Notes under the pieces: generated by a model | Database searches by the model: none | What the model saw: the letters and a program-made list of their open reading frames with translations, nothing else | What the model was told of the DNA's origin: nothing | Assembly: GCA_907165135.1 (NCBI GenBank) | Contig: OU015569.1 | Coordinates: 8,951,889 to 9,015,888, forward strand | Reading direction: 5' to 3' | Origin: Oikopleura dioica | Taxonomy: Eukaryota; Animalia; Chordata | Length of the DNA stretch: 64,000 nt | Shown here: piece after piece, positions 35,037-46,732 of the stretch | How positions within the stretch are numbered: position 1 is the first letter of the stretch | Layout: the number at the start of each line of letters is the position of its first letter | Program-made: the position numbers and the translations under genes

Positions 35037-37566
35037 ATGGTTCCCGCGGAGAAAGAGCTCTTGCTGAAGCTTCTCTCTGGATGGTACTTTACTGCGGGCA
35101 TCGAATACGGACTCTACTTCAGTTCCATTTATTCGCGCCTAGTCGATGATCTAGGTCAGGGTTGCCCAACCGGATCGGAATCCGATCGGAAATTCGATCC
35201 GATCGGAATCGGATCGGTAATTGGTCGGACGAGGCAATGAAAATTTGGTCATGTCCGATCGGTAAAATCGGTTTCGATCGGTAAAATCGGATCCGATAAT
35301 CCGATCGGAAAATGGGTAAAAAAGTCGGATTCATTCATTCAAAAGCCACTAAAATCCGTGACTTAGGCTTAAAATACACTTATAAAAAGTAATATTTGTG
35401 TAAATTCACCAATTTTTAGGCATGTTTTTCTTAAAAAAGAGCTTAATTACGTCCTTTAAAACCTTCGTCACGGTGATTTAGTGTTAGATTGAGAATGTCA
35501 ACCATTGAAATGGTTGTTTTTGCGAACGCCATTTCAAATGGCCCATTTGTTACTTCGTTTCTAGGAAATTCTAGCGCCGAGGCGGCTTTTATGAAAGCTC
35601 TTTCAGGACCCTTATATGTTTTGTACAAATGTTGCGGATCCAAGCCCCCGAAAACCCAAAATTATCCATAAATTTTCACGGAAATAAGAGGTAAAATGGT
35701 TAGAAGGGCGTTTGTAGCGAAAGAACTTGATATTTCCGAGTTTTTTTCTTCATATTCAGTAGTCTAAATTGAAATTTTAACTTGAAAATTTTCGAATATT
35801 TTTCCGATCGGAAAATTGTCCGATCGGACATGAACTTTAATCGGAATCCGAAAAATCCGATCGGAATCGGTAATCGGATCGGTAATCGGTCGGATTGGAC
35901 GAGGTCCGAATCGGATCGGATCGGAATCGGATCGCCAAGACCAAGATTTTTTGTCCGATTGGGCAACCCTGATCTAGGTAATTCTACGAAATGACTAGCC
36001 ACTATAATTTATAGTCTATAAATTAATTCGTCGTATTTCATTTCTCCAGAGCTTAATTTTCCCTTCTCAGGTGCTCAACAAAGCCTTTTTGCCTATGTTA
36101 TTGCTGTATTTCCACTGGCCGGTGCCCTCCTTGCCACTTTTATTGGCAAACATACGGACAAACGCGGCTCCATCGACCTGACAATCATTTTTGGCCTGTT
36201 TTCCTCAATCCTCGGCAATCTGATTTACTGCTTCGCCTCGTCCGGACTTTTTGTCATCCTTGCGAGATTCGTGGGTGGCATCGGAAATGCCATCGACGGA
36301 GCAATAATGGGCTTTGCTGGCCGTATTGTCCATCCAGAGTAATTTTTCACCATCTCTTTCTTCAATTAAAATTGTTTTTAGTGACCGTGGCGCTACATTC
36401 GCTCGTCTCCTAGTCGCCAAGCAAGTGGGTACTATATCCTGCCCAGCGTGGGTTGCGATAAGTAAGAAGCTCATCAAGCCAATACTGTTCAAAAACGTCT
36501 CAATTAATGTTATTTTCGCCTGCATTATAACGCTAATGTGGCTCCTCGTTCTACTTGGGTACGAATTTAGCATCTGACAAAACAACGAGCAATTTAGGGC
36601 TTTCTACGTTTTCTTCGTACGCAAGCTTGCATCAAAGCCTTCTGAAGCCGTATCAGCAGCACTAGAAACTACCGCTTCAGTGGAGCCTGATCCAAGCTCA
36701 AATCTTGTCGACGAAACCACGACGCCTGCAATCGAAGACGCTGCTTCAAAAATTCTTCCGAATTATATTAACGAGCCCTTTGTTGTGGCGAATATGGCCG
36801 TTTTCAGTTCAATTTTTCTTCAAGGTAGGTTTTCTCTCTTGCGCTATCGGGACGCGACATACTTTTAGCTTCTAATGAAACCCTCGTAACACCGTTCAAT
36901 AAGTCTTATTTCGGCTGGGGAACCAGCCAAAACGCCTTAGAATTTATGATGATCGGCTTCTGCGCGCTCATCGGATACATGTTTGCTAAATATCTTATGG
37001 CCACTCTAGAATCAAGGCCAAGAGTGGATCCAAAGAAAGTTTTTGGTGCTGGGGTTGGCGGATGTGTATTGTAAGTCCAAAGAAGCCGTCACCTTTCTTT
37101 AATCGTTCTTTTTAGCGTCTGCTTTTTCACTGCCGTTGTGTTAGCTCTCGCAAGCTTCCGTGCGACCTGGGTTTACACTTGCATCGCACTCTCCATTCTT
37201 ATTTTCTGCATAACTTTTGTGAGTCTTCATTTTCCATTCCTCCACGAAATTTACGCGATTTCTAGCCTTTATCATTGGTTTCATCGGCTTCTATAATTGC
37301 CAAAAATACGCCTGAGGAATATCAAAGCTTTACGCAGTCGATTCGCGTCGCTTCAGAGAAAATCGCCCAAGTTCTTGCGCCATTATGGGTCGGTGGACTC
37401 CTTCCAGGTAGCCTTCAGCATTCAAGCTTTGCACTACACCTTCTTCAGCCGAAACGAATGGATTGAAAGGAGTCTTGATAATGGCGCCGTCGATTTTCTT
37501 CTTCATTTTCACTTCTAGCGCGCTTTGTTCCGTCTGGCAGTATCTGTAATTTTCAACCGCCAGTGA
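35037..37566 (+). CDS. Major-facilitator-superfamily (MFS) transporter-like protein with about 10 exons. Exon 1 is 35037..35154. Intron 1 (35155..36070) contains a MITE. Exon 2 is 36071..36347. Further exons are about 36391..36558, 36598..36818 and onward to a stop at 37564..37566; the 3' exon boundaries are approximate.
   Basis: Exon 2 encodes GAQQSLFAYVIAVFPLAGALLATFIGKHTDKRGSIDLTIIFGLFSSILGNLIYCFASSGLFVILARFVGGIGNAIDGAIMGFAGRIVHP. This carries the MFS signature G-x3-D-(K/R)-x-G-(R/S) and alternating hydrophobic helices. Later exons are hydrophobic (INVIFACIITLMWLLVLLGY, SAFSLPLCLALASFRATWVYTCIALSILIFCITF). Confidence 0.6.
35157..35971. mobile_element. Non-autonomous hAT-like DNA transposon (MITE) of 815 bp. 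TIRs are CAGGGTTGCCCAA...TTGGGCAACCCTG, flanked by a perfect 8-bp target-site duplication ATCTAGGT (35149-35156 and 35972-35979). Sub-terminal regions carry arrays of CCGATCGG(A/T)AA motifs.
   Basis: The terminal 13 bp are exact reverse complements. The flanking 8-mers are identical direct repeats. There is no long ORF. The internal repeats are short palindromic CCGATCGG units in both arms. Confidence 0.65.
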
Positions 37567-37719
37567 CTAAAAAATTATCTCTCCTCGATAAGCTCAACAA
37601 AAGATTTACCTGCTTCATCAAATTTAACCAAAATACCTGAAAATACACCCATATTTACCATGTTCTCTTTGTAATCTAGCTTCTTAAAAACATGTTGTTC
37701 AGTTGATCGATCCTCGAAA

Positions 37720-40700
37720 ATGGGGGAATTCGAGATCGAAGTGTTTATAGAGGCCGAGGAAGCCGGCTTCAGTCTCGTTAAAGAATTCGACATCGGTGAT
37801 GAGATCAATTGCGATAACCGAATGCACATGCTTGACTCTTGCTCGCGCTTCGGTAATGTCTTCGTCGGCAGAAAGTTTGGCTTCGATCTATTCAAGGTCA
37901 CTGAGCTCGAGGCGAAGAAAGAGTCGCCAAAAGCGATCGTGAAAGTTAACACGAAAGGGCAGCTTCAGTGGCTCGCTGTTTCTAGCTGTGGGTTGACACT
38001 GCTCGTGTCGACGATCACTGACGGCAAAACGGAGAACATCTTCTACGACGTGCGATCATTGATGAAGGGATCCAATGGGTATTTTGCGAAGCAATCTCCT
38101 GCCACTTCCCCGTCCAATGGCGCACTCTTGTCAGCGGCGTGGAATCCCTCGATCTCCGAGTTAATCACCATGGTCTACTCTTCCGGTGCTGTCGAAGTCC
38201 TCAAAGTGGAAGATACAGTCTCCGTTCATTCGTCTAGACCACCGATGAATGCTAAATGCGTAGCTTGGTCTCCAAAAGGCAAACAAATGGTGCTCGGCTT
38301 TGGTGACGGAACCTTGGCGCAATTCACTCCTACTATGGAAATCAAGAAGAAAGTCAATGCCTGCCCTTTGATAAATGGCAACGCAAAAGTGACTGATATT
38401 GTGTGGATTTCGACTTACAAATTCGGAGTCGCTTATGCTGATGACGCCAGCGACGCGGGTGCTAATTTGTTTACTGTTCACTTGCCAGAGAAAGGAGAAA
38501 AACGCGATCCGCTGTGGCGATGCTTCGAAGATCCCACATTTGCCGCGGCGGCTAAACGAGATTCGCAGATGTATCTGCCTCTTATTGTTCCTTGGGGTAT
38601 GTTTGCGGTCACAAACTCTAACTCTGGAGATTGCGCTCTGATGGGAACGAAGAATAGTGAGGTGCAGGTTTGGTCGCTTGCCGACGAAGCTAGAGCGGAG
38701 CTTCCTCTCAACGAAGACTCAGACGAGACAAGTTGCGTGATTGGTGCATGTTGGAACATGAACTTCAAGGATCCTCTGCAGATTCTTTCGAAGCAACAAA
38801 ATGCTCCTTGTCTCTGGGTTCTCTCAAATAGTGGAGTATTGGTAGCTTTCCGTCTTTATAACTTCCTGCCTAATTTTCCTGATCAAAAACAGCTTACTGA
38901 CTCGATCCCTGGCGGTGACAGAAAAACACTTGCAGTCGAGGAGGCAGTACCGCCAGCAAGAGTATCTCTTCCTCTTCAGAGAACATCATCAGTTGCTCAG
39001 CCGAATCTCGCAAATAAATCCGCCTTTGGAAATAATACCACACTCTTCGCGCCACCTTTATCATCGACTCCAGCGATGGCTAAAATTGAGCAGAAAACAA
39101 AGCCAAGTCCGCGAAGTTTTTCAATCGTTAAGGAGCAGCCTTCGAGTGCAACTATTTCTGAGACAACTTCATCTTTTGGTATCCCTAAACCCGCTTCAAC
39201 AAGGCAAGCGGAACCAACAACAGCATCTGTGGTTACCAAACCATCTGTGATGCCCACTCCAAAGGAGCCTTCGAGTGTGTTTACTCAAGAAGATCTAGCT
39301 TCTCTTGTGAATGATTTTGAAAGGGAAATGGATCTTTACAAGCTCGAAAACGCCAAAACAGATCTTTCTTTTTTCAACGAGGACGCGAAGAAAGAGCTCA
39401 AAACGAAAACAGACCAACTGAAAAAGTTTGCCTCCGTCGCCAAAAGTAATTCTGAAGAAACTATCGACGAAGTTCAACATGTCAAACTTCGGTCATTAGA
39501 GGGATTTGCTTCTTATGAGGCCGCGCACGAAGCGAGTAAAAGAGGACATTCAAAGAAGAGAACAAGTATTGCAAATCTGGTAGAAGTGAACCTATTTACA
39601 AGAATTAACAAGAATTTAGTGTCACTATGCCCGCTTCTTGCGAAGAAAGTGGAGTCTATTCGCACAATGAAGCGGTACCTCAACAGCTCCGTCTATGAAG
39701 TCACTCAGATGCTGGACGAAAAAGTGACAGAGAACAAAGAAAATACGTCGTCTATGTCAGACTTTTATAAATGTATTGAAACGAACGAAAGATTGGTTCA
39801 TTATCACTCGCGGAAGATGCAACAACTTAGTGCCCAATTGAATAAAGTTCGACTTTCTCGCCGATCTGCAGTAACTCCTCGAGGTTCGCCGATGAAGCAA
39901 TCTTTCGTCGAGCAACTTTCGAACGAGAGCTGTAGCCAAGAGAAACTTGCTTCTTCACCGCGCAGTCAAATGCGCCCAGAACATGTCCAAAAGCTCAAGT
40001 CTCAACTCTCTGGGAGAAAGTCAATTCCTGTCCGTTCCAAATCTAAAGTAGATACTTCTACCATAATTGTGAACAGAAAACCACGAGCAGTAATCGAAAA
40101 GAGGTAAATTCCTTTACGTGATCATTTATTTTCCTATTTCAGCTCTTTCAACCGAGCTGAACAGGAACAGATCCCGAAGCTTCAATTGGAGCCTGAATCT
40201 GCACCATCTACTCCAGATATTCGCATTCAAAGAGATGGTAGTGCGAATGTGGTTAGCTACATGCCAGCGAAACCAAAAACGCCTCAGAGTTTTCCTACGA
40301 GTAGCGGACCTCCAAATGTAGAAGCGCCTAAAACCAGCTTCTTTGGTGCTTTTGGAGCTAAAGGCGGTGAAAACGAATCGAAGTATAACCTAAATAATCC
40401 GCCACAAGTTATCAATGCATCTACTCTCCCGCAAGCAAAAGGCCCATCATTTGCGGGTGCATTTAGCCCTGCCCCACACGTTAACAAAGGAACGCAAGAT
40501 GCCGTTCGTGCTGCACTAAACACGGTGAACAAAATCGCGTCAGAGCCATCATCTGTTTCGTCCAAGCTTCCTGAGAAAGAAAAGACACCTCATGTTTCTG
40601 CATTCTCTGTTCCACAGAAGGCACCAGCTGAAAAGCTGAAGCCAACCCTAGGTGGCATATTCACTCCACCAAGGACCAGTGAGAAAAAGCCGAGAAGAAG

Positions 40701-43252
40701 ATTGAAGAGGCTCCAAAAACGAACATATTCGCAACAGCTAAAGAACCAACTTCCGTCACCACTTCGAAACCGAATTTGTTCGCTCCCAAGACATCTTCTT
40801 CAACTGCGCCCGCAAATGTGAACCCTTTTGGAGGAACTACAGCAAACGTCTTCGGCTCCTCGAAACCGGATACATCAAAATCGACGTTCACATTCAGGTG
40901 AGATTCTTTACAAGGGTAACGTTTATATAAAAATCTAAGAAATGTGGTTGTATCTTCTTCCTCGGAAAAAGATGTCTCTGATGGTGAGTCCGGCCATATC
41001 AGTGAAACTGATGATGAATCTGCTGATGATCTCGAAGAAACGATCAAAGTTGCTAGCACCGAGACTGTTCCTAAACCTAATCTCTTTGCAAGTGCACCAA
41101 AAAGTGGCACAGGACTCTTTGGCTCAACTGCAACTGATCCCAAAGCAGCACCTACAAAACCAAGCATTTTCGGAGCAGTGACGCCAAAGGGGCCTTTCGG
41201 GGCATTATCTAAAGCTGGTGGCGTTGGAGCTTCCGGAGACCGATTTACTTTAGATGAATCTGCCTACGACACACCACCAAGAAGGCCATCAAAAGCAAAA
41301 TCACCTAACGTTTCTGGAGTAAACATTTTCGCCGGAATTCAAAAAGAAGATACTGAAGCTGACGAAAAATCTACAACCGAAGTGACAGAGGAGTCGGCAG
41401 CATCAAAACCCCCAAGTGGACTTTCAACTACAGCAAAAACTGAAGAGAAAAAACCAGCCCCTTCTCTTTTCGGAAGCACTCCTTCAAAGCCAGCTGAGGA
41501 CAAGGACGAAAAGAAAGAAACTGCTCCGCCCTCAGCCGAGAAACCAACAATCAAGAATTTGTTCGGTACTCCAGCTAAACAAGAAGAAAAACCAAAACCT
41601 GGCCTTTTTGGATCTAGTACTTCTTCTGGGCTCTTTGGTTCAAAAAGTGACGACAGCAAGGCTAAGGAAGCAGGTTCAGCGACAGGTCTCTTTGGTTCCA
41701 AACCAGCAGAGGCTTCGTCCGGATCTAATTTATTTGGAAGTAAAACTGAGGAAACTAAACCTACCCCATTCGGATCAAAGGCGGAAACTTCGTCTAGTTC
41801 GAGTCTCTTTGGCTCAAAACCCGCTGAATCATCGTCTGGTACAGGTCTATTCGGTTCCACGAAGAAACCAGAGAGTAACTTGTTTGGAACACCCAAAGCA
41901 GCAGAGAAGACTGAATCCGGACTTTTTGGTTCATCAAAGCCAGCTGAAAAAAGCTCTGGATCTGGTCTATTTGGATCGTCAAAGCCTGAGTCATCCGGTG
42001 GACTTTTCGGCTCTAAACCATCCGAATCGTCAAATGTGTTTGGAACGCCAGCGAAATCGGAAGCAAACTCTGGTGGAGGATTGTTCGGATCAAAGCCAGC
42101 GGAATCAAGTAGCGGTCTTTTTGGCTCTTCAACGCCACAGTCTACTAGCGGCTTTGGGAACTCTGGAGGAGGAGGCGGAGGATTGTTCGGTTCTTCGAGT
42201 ACAACATCTAACTCAGGAGGCCTATTTGGTTCAAGCAATTCAAACACGAACTCATCTGGCGGCATCTTTGGAAGCTCCAACAACGACAATAATTCGGGAG
42301 GCGGTGTTTTCGGATCTGGTGGCGGCTTTAGCGGACTCGGATCAAAACCAGATCCAGAGAAGGCAAAACAAAATCCGTTCGGAAGTAGTAGCTTTGGCAA
42401 TAACTCTAGTTCAACGAATGTACGTAATGCAGATATCAATTTATATTAACGCCCAAACGCATGGCGACCAATTAATTGGTACAGCGCCCTTTAATTCCAT
42501 TTCGACACATTTGGTAATTTGCATATTTACTCATATTTATGTTATGATATGGGTATAATATAGGAATAAAATTGAAGCTGAGCGTCTGAGAATTATTTAT
42601 GTATATCATTTATAAAGTCAACTAATTAGTTTCATTGCCAAAAAGGGGTAAAAAGGGCATACCAATTAATTGGTACGACCTGCGTTCGACGTTGAAAAAA
42701 TTTTATGCGTTCCGGCGTTAACTAAAACTTGTAAGAATTCGAACTTGTTTGGAAACGCGCCTGCAAACCCATTCGGCTCCTCGACGTCTAGTAATCAACA
42801 CTCATCTTCCGGTCCTTTTTCTGGAGGAAGCGGGGCAACTAGTCCTTTCTCGGGTTCAGGTGGAGGTATCAAAGTTTTGAATATACATCAGAGATGAAGT
42901 TTATTTAGGTTCAAGTGGCGGATTTGGAAGCAGCGCCTTCGGTAGCAGCGGGGGTAATGCCTTTGGCTCCACTGCATTCGGTGGCGGCGGCAGCTCAGCT
43001 TTCGGTTCATCCGCTTTTGGTAGTAGTAACCAGCAAAGCAGCTCATTTGGTTCTGGCAACAATTCTGGCGGTGTTTTCGGAGGCGGCTCGGGAGGTGGCG
43101 CTGGTGGATTTGGTGGCTTTGGCGGAAGCAACTCGAGTGGTGGATTCGGCGCAAAGACATCTGGCGGTGGAGGCTTCGGAAGTTTCGGTGGCGGAAATAA
43201 CCAGCAACAGAACAATGCATTTTCCGGAAGTGGATTTTCCGGCTTTAGATAA
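37720..43252 (+). CDS. NUP214: Nup214/CAN-like FG nucleoporin with 5 exons. Exons are 37720..40103 (N-terminal beta-propeller-like region plus coiled coil), 40143..40897, 40940..42428, 42736..42865 and 42909..43252.
   Basis: An 800-aa open first exon is followed by exons dense in xxFG, GLFGS, NLFG(T/S), NVFG and SAFGS repeats (more than 45 FG motifs). The C-terminus has GGFGGFGG-type repeats. All junctions are GT-AG in phase. One internal frame change occurs at about 40685 inside exon 2. Confidence 0.8.
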
Positions 43253-43377
43253 ATATTTTACTGACTCAGTATCACGACTACTCACTGCGATTTATATTTT
43301 TTTTCGAATTCTGTGTGCAGATTGAAACATGTTAGCAAATTATCAGGCCGTTTTGATTAGAAAAGTGACTTTGTAGA

Positions 43378-45102
43378 ATGACGAGCGAAATCGCATCTAT
43401 GCTCGATGAGCTTATGGGCCGGAACCGAAATGATACTACCGGCAAAGCTACTGCTAAACGTATGCTCACACCTTAAACTGCTTATTTCTTACGTTCGAAT
43501 TCAGTGGAAGTAAATGATCCGGATGTCTGTCAGTTCTATTTGTGCGGATTTTGCCCAAACGAATTGTTTGTTAATACCAAAGCTGATCTTGGTCCTTGCA
43601 AAAAGATCCACGACGAAAACCTGCGTCGCGAATACCAGGTTGACTTCAAGCCCTGGCTCCTTTTTACTATATTCTAGGCCTCGGACAACGTCTTCAAAAT
43701 GGGCTTCGAAGAAAAGTTCTTCGATTTCTTGCAAGAGTGCATGATTGAGGTAGAACGGAAAATAAAGCGAAATAAGCAACGCCTAGATCAAAATCAAGAT
43801 GAGGATGCGCCAATTAATGCCGTAAGTAGTCCTGGGAACGATTATCTCTCCAGTTAACTGACTCGCTCTATCTCTCTCGCTCGTCCTCAACTTAGGTATT
43901 ATGTCAAATTGCTTAAAAATTCTAATTCTAAATCTTCGTATTCGCTTGATTTCGTTTTTGTCTCAATACGAAAAGTAACGATGAATGTGAACGTGAATTT
44001 AAGAGGTATGAATCTTTCATCGTAGTTTTCGAAGGGTTCCTGGGCCTAAGTAGGGAATCTCTTCTTTATCCTTCGAGGAGATTTCTCTCTGCCCTTGCCA
44101 CCCATTTCCATTGAATTTACAGGTATACAGTCAGGGTGAACCATTTGATGGAGCAGTCTCATTCCCCATGGTCTCTATTTTTCAGGAAACTGCCGAACAT
44201 GCGAACAAGCTTTCGCTGCTGTCAATTGAAATCACAAACTTGCTCGTCGAGGTGGAGCGTCTCGGTGAACTTGGAGAAGTGCAGCAAGCAATGGCCAAAA
44301 CCGAAGAAGTTGAAAAGTTGAAGGAAAGAATTATTTCATAGTCTTCCAGTCTATGAACTATATTGAAACGCTCATTGTATATTAACCATACTAAATGTGA
44401 ACTTCGTGAAACGGCTTATTAGGAGGAGCGCGAACGAATCCGACTTGCGACGAAAGTGAATGCGAACCCAGACCAAGCATATCACGGCCAACAAGAGAAG
44501 CAAATGGAAGTCTGCGAGATTTGCGGCAGCTTCCTAATTGTTGGCGATGTAAAGGCACCTAGAGAGGAGGGGCTTGATTGATGACAATGTTTCTTTTAGT
44601 CGAGAGTGGACGACCACCTGACGGGAAAACAGCACATGGGGTACGCGCGAATCAAGGCGAAAATGAACGAGCTGAAAGAAATCTTCGACAAGAAACGCGG
44701 CGAAAGAGGAGATCGAAGCTCCCCAAACAGGACGAGCGAACGGTTAGTTCGAAAAACCAAATGCAAGAGTTATAAAATGCATTTTAGCCGTGACGACCGG
44801 GAACGAAGAGTGTCGCGTGAACGATCTCCTCGACGTGAACCTCGTCGTGATGAACGACGATACTCGAGGGACGACCGGCGACGTCGTAGCCGAGAAAGAG
44901 ACGATCGGAGGCGACGAGACGATCGAGACAGACGAGATCGAAGACGTCGGTAAGTAAATGTTAAAGCTGCTTTAGGGAGCGGCGAAACACGTTTACGATC
45001 AACAATTTGATTATCAGCTTCAATGTAACTGATTTTTATTTCAGATCCAGGTCACGATCAGGTCATCGCGACGATAGACGAAAGCCCGGCCGTTGTAAGT
45101 AG
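43378..45102 (+). CDS. LUC7L: LUC7-like U1 snRNP-associated splicing factor. It has an N-terminal zinc-finger region, a coiled coil and an RD/RE/RS-rich tail. About 8 exons; the 3' end is uncertain because TGTAAGTAG could be either a stop or a GTAAGT donor.
   Basis: MTSEIASMLDELMGRNRNDTTGKATAK|SEVNDPDVCQFYLCGFCPNELFVNTKADLGPCKKIHDENLRREYQ matches the LUC7 N-terminus (MRAMLDQLMG...VCKSHLLNCCPHDILSGTRMDLGEC). Later exons include EVCEICGSFLIVGDV (second zinc finger) and VDDHLTGKQHMGYARIKAKMNELKEIFDKKRGERGD. The tail is RDDRERRVSRERSPRREPRRDERRYSRDDRRRRSRERDDRRRRDDRDRRDRRRR. The start codon lies 125 bp after the Nup214 stop. Confidence 0.75.
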
Positions 45103-46044
45103 TTGCATCGAGCGAATAGAATGCAAGTCCTGCAGACGGAGTCACCAGCAGTAAACTTATCTTTACGAATAGAAGCTCTTGACCGCTTCCCCAGGGCAGG
45201 TGCTTAGAGTCAACCGTTACATAACGAGCTCAGTTGTTACGTAACATGCATTCTCTCATGCTTTCTCGGCAGTGGGACTAAAAATCTAAAACTCGTTTAA
45301 GATCAGCGACGATAGAAGAAGAGATTTGCCGAAATCCTGACAAGAAGAAAATCTTTCAAAGAGCAGCCTTCCCTTTATTTCCTGAATATAACAACTCTAG
45401 TTTGTACAAGCTGCTGCCAAGTTAGTACCCGCTGTCTTAAACTTAATGAAAGCATAAATATCGTCACCTATTTACGCTCCTCGCAAAACTTTTCTACCAA
45501 TTTTATAAAAAAAAGTGCAATATAGAAGGAGTCTAAAATTCAGACTTTAAATGCGGTACAAATTTTCAAATAAGAATTTTCCCACTTCTCCTATTATTCT
45601 TTGCTACTCATTATTCATTAAATCGTATCAGCTGACGATATTTAACTGGCATTAATTCGGGGTTAGTAAGATATAGTTTTATTTGGACGTTCTATTATTT
45701 CCCTTTTTTGAAAACTGCCGACATGCTTCGAGGCACTTGAAAGAAATCAACGCAAATTTTGAGTTTTTGTGTTTGAAAATAATTTTAAGTTTCTGACCTC
45801 ATTTAAACACAAATCAAAGCGTTCTGATTACTGAATATTTTACTCAATTTTTAAACCGAGGGTAACTATAGATTTATTACTCAGACTTTCTTACAGGGAT
45901 ATGATTATTTTCGTCTTTTTTGAGAGAGCGCAATTGCTTGAATGATTTTTCTTTATCGTTTTTTCTCACTCCTCGAATTCATAAAAATGGATATTTTTCA
46001 AATAAAAATCATACATGTTATTGAAGGTATTATATGTCTCTAGA

Positions 46045-46594
46045 ATGTCAACGGAATTATCTTTTGATGACTTTAAAAATAAAACTCTATCATCGGACAT
46101 TTTGTTTATCGATGTTCGGAGCGTTGAGGAGGTCGCAGATGGCCACATAAAGGCAGCTTACTGGGCACATATTCCTAGGTCTGAGATAGAAACCGCGTTC
46201 AGTCTTACTGAGGCAGATTTCGAGGTATTCGGATACAGATCGAATAATTTTTCTCGGCTTTCATTTGATTCTTGATTGATTTGCCGTATTCATGTGATTG
46301 AGAATTTTTACGCGGTCATGAGCCCCCTTTAGGCAAAGTACAACGTAGCGATGCCCAAAAAGCAGACTGAAATCTGGACCAACTGCAAGTCAGGATCCGA
46401 CACAGGCTTGGATCAATACGGCAAACCAGTTTGTCCTGGTTTATATTACTCGACAATCATCAAAGATATTTTTGCTAATTGACCAAGCCAACCGAGGAAG
46501 GAGTGCTCAATCGCGAGATATTCTGAATCGGCTGGGATTCGAAAACGCCAATATGCTGAAAGGAGGCTATTTGAAATACGGGAAGGCCCAGTAA
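46045..46594 (+). CDS. Single-domain rhodanese (sulfurtransferase or Cdc25-like) protein of about 125 aa, 3 exons. Exons are 46045..46230, about 46331..46437 and about 46496..46594.
   Basis: MSTELSFDDFKNKTLSSDILFIDVRSVEEVADGHIKAAYWAHIPRSEIETAFSLTEADFE|AKYNVAMPKKQTEIWTNCKSGSDTGLDQYGKPVCP|ANRGRSAQSRDILNRLGFENANMLKGGYLKYGKAQ*. The active-site-loop-like CKSGSD and the C-terminal G(F)xN(A)xxLxGG match the rhodanese fold. Confidence 0.6.
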
Positions 46595-46732
46595 GGCGGC
46601 TTTTGATGCAAAGATTTTCATTATGATTCATGTTTTTGACGCTGATAACACTGTAGGCTGCTTTTGATTGAGCGAGCCATTGATTTTTCATCTACTGACT
46701 GCTACGAAAACTAACAGCATTTGCAATTTAGA

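Noticed and set aside
41339-42558. Long antisense and alternate-frame ORFs across the Nup214 FG-repeat exons (41339..42439 -, 41416..42558 +).
   Set aside because: Low-complexity GC-biased repeats keep all frames open. Only the GLFGS/SLFGS frame is continuous with the flanking exons.
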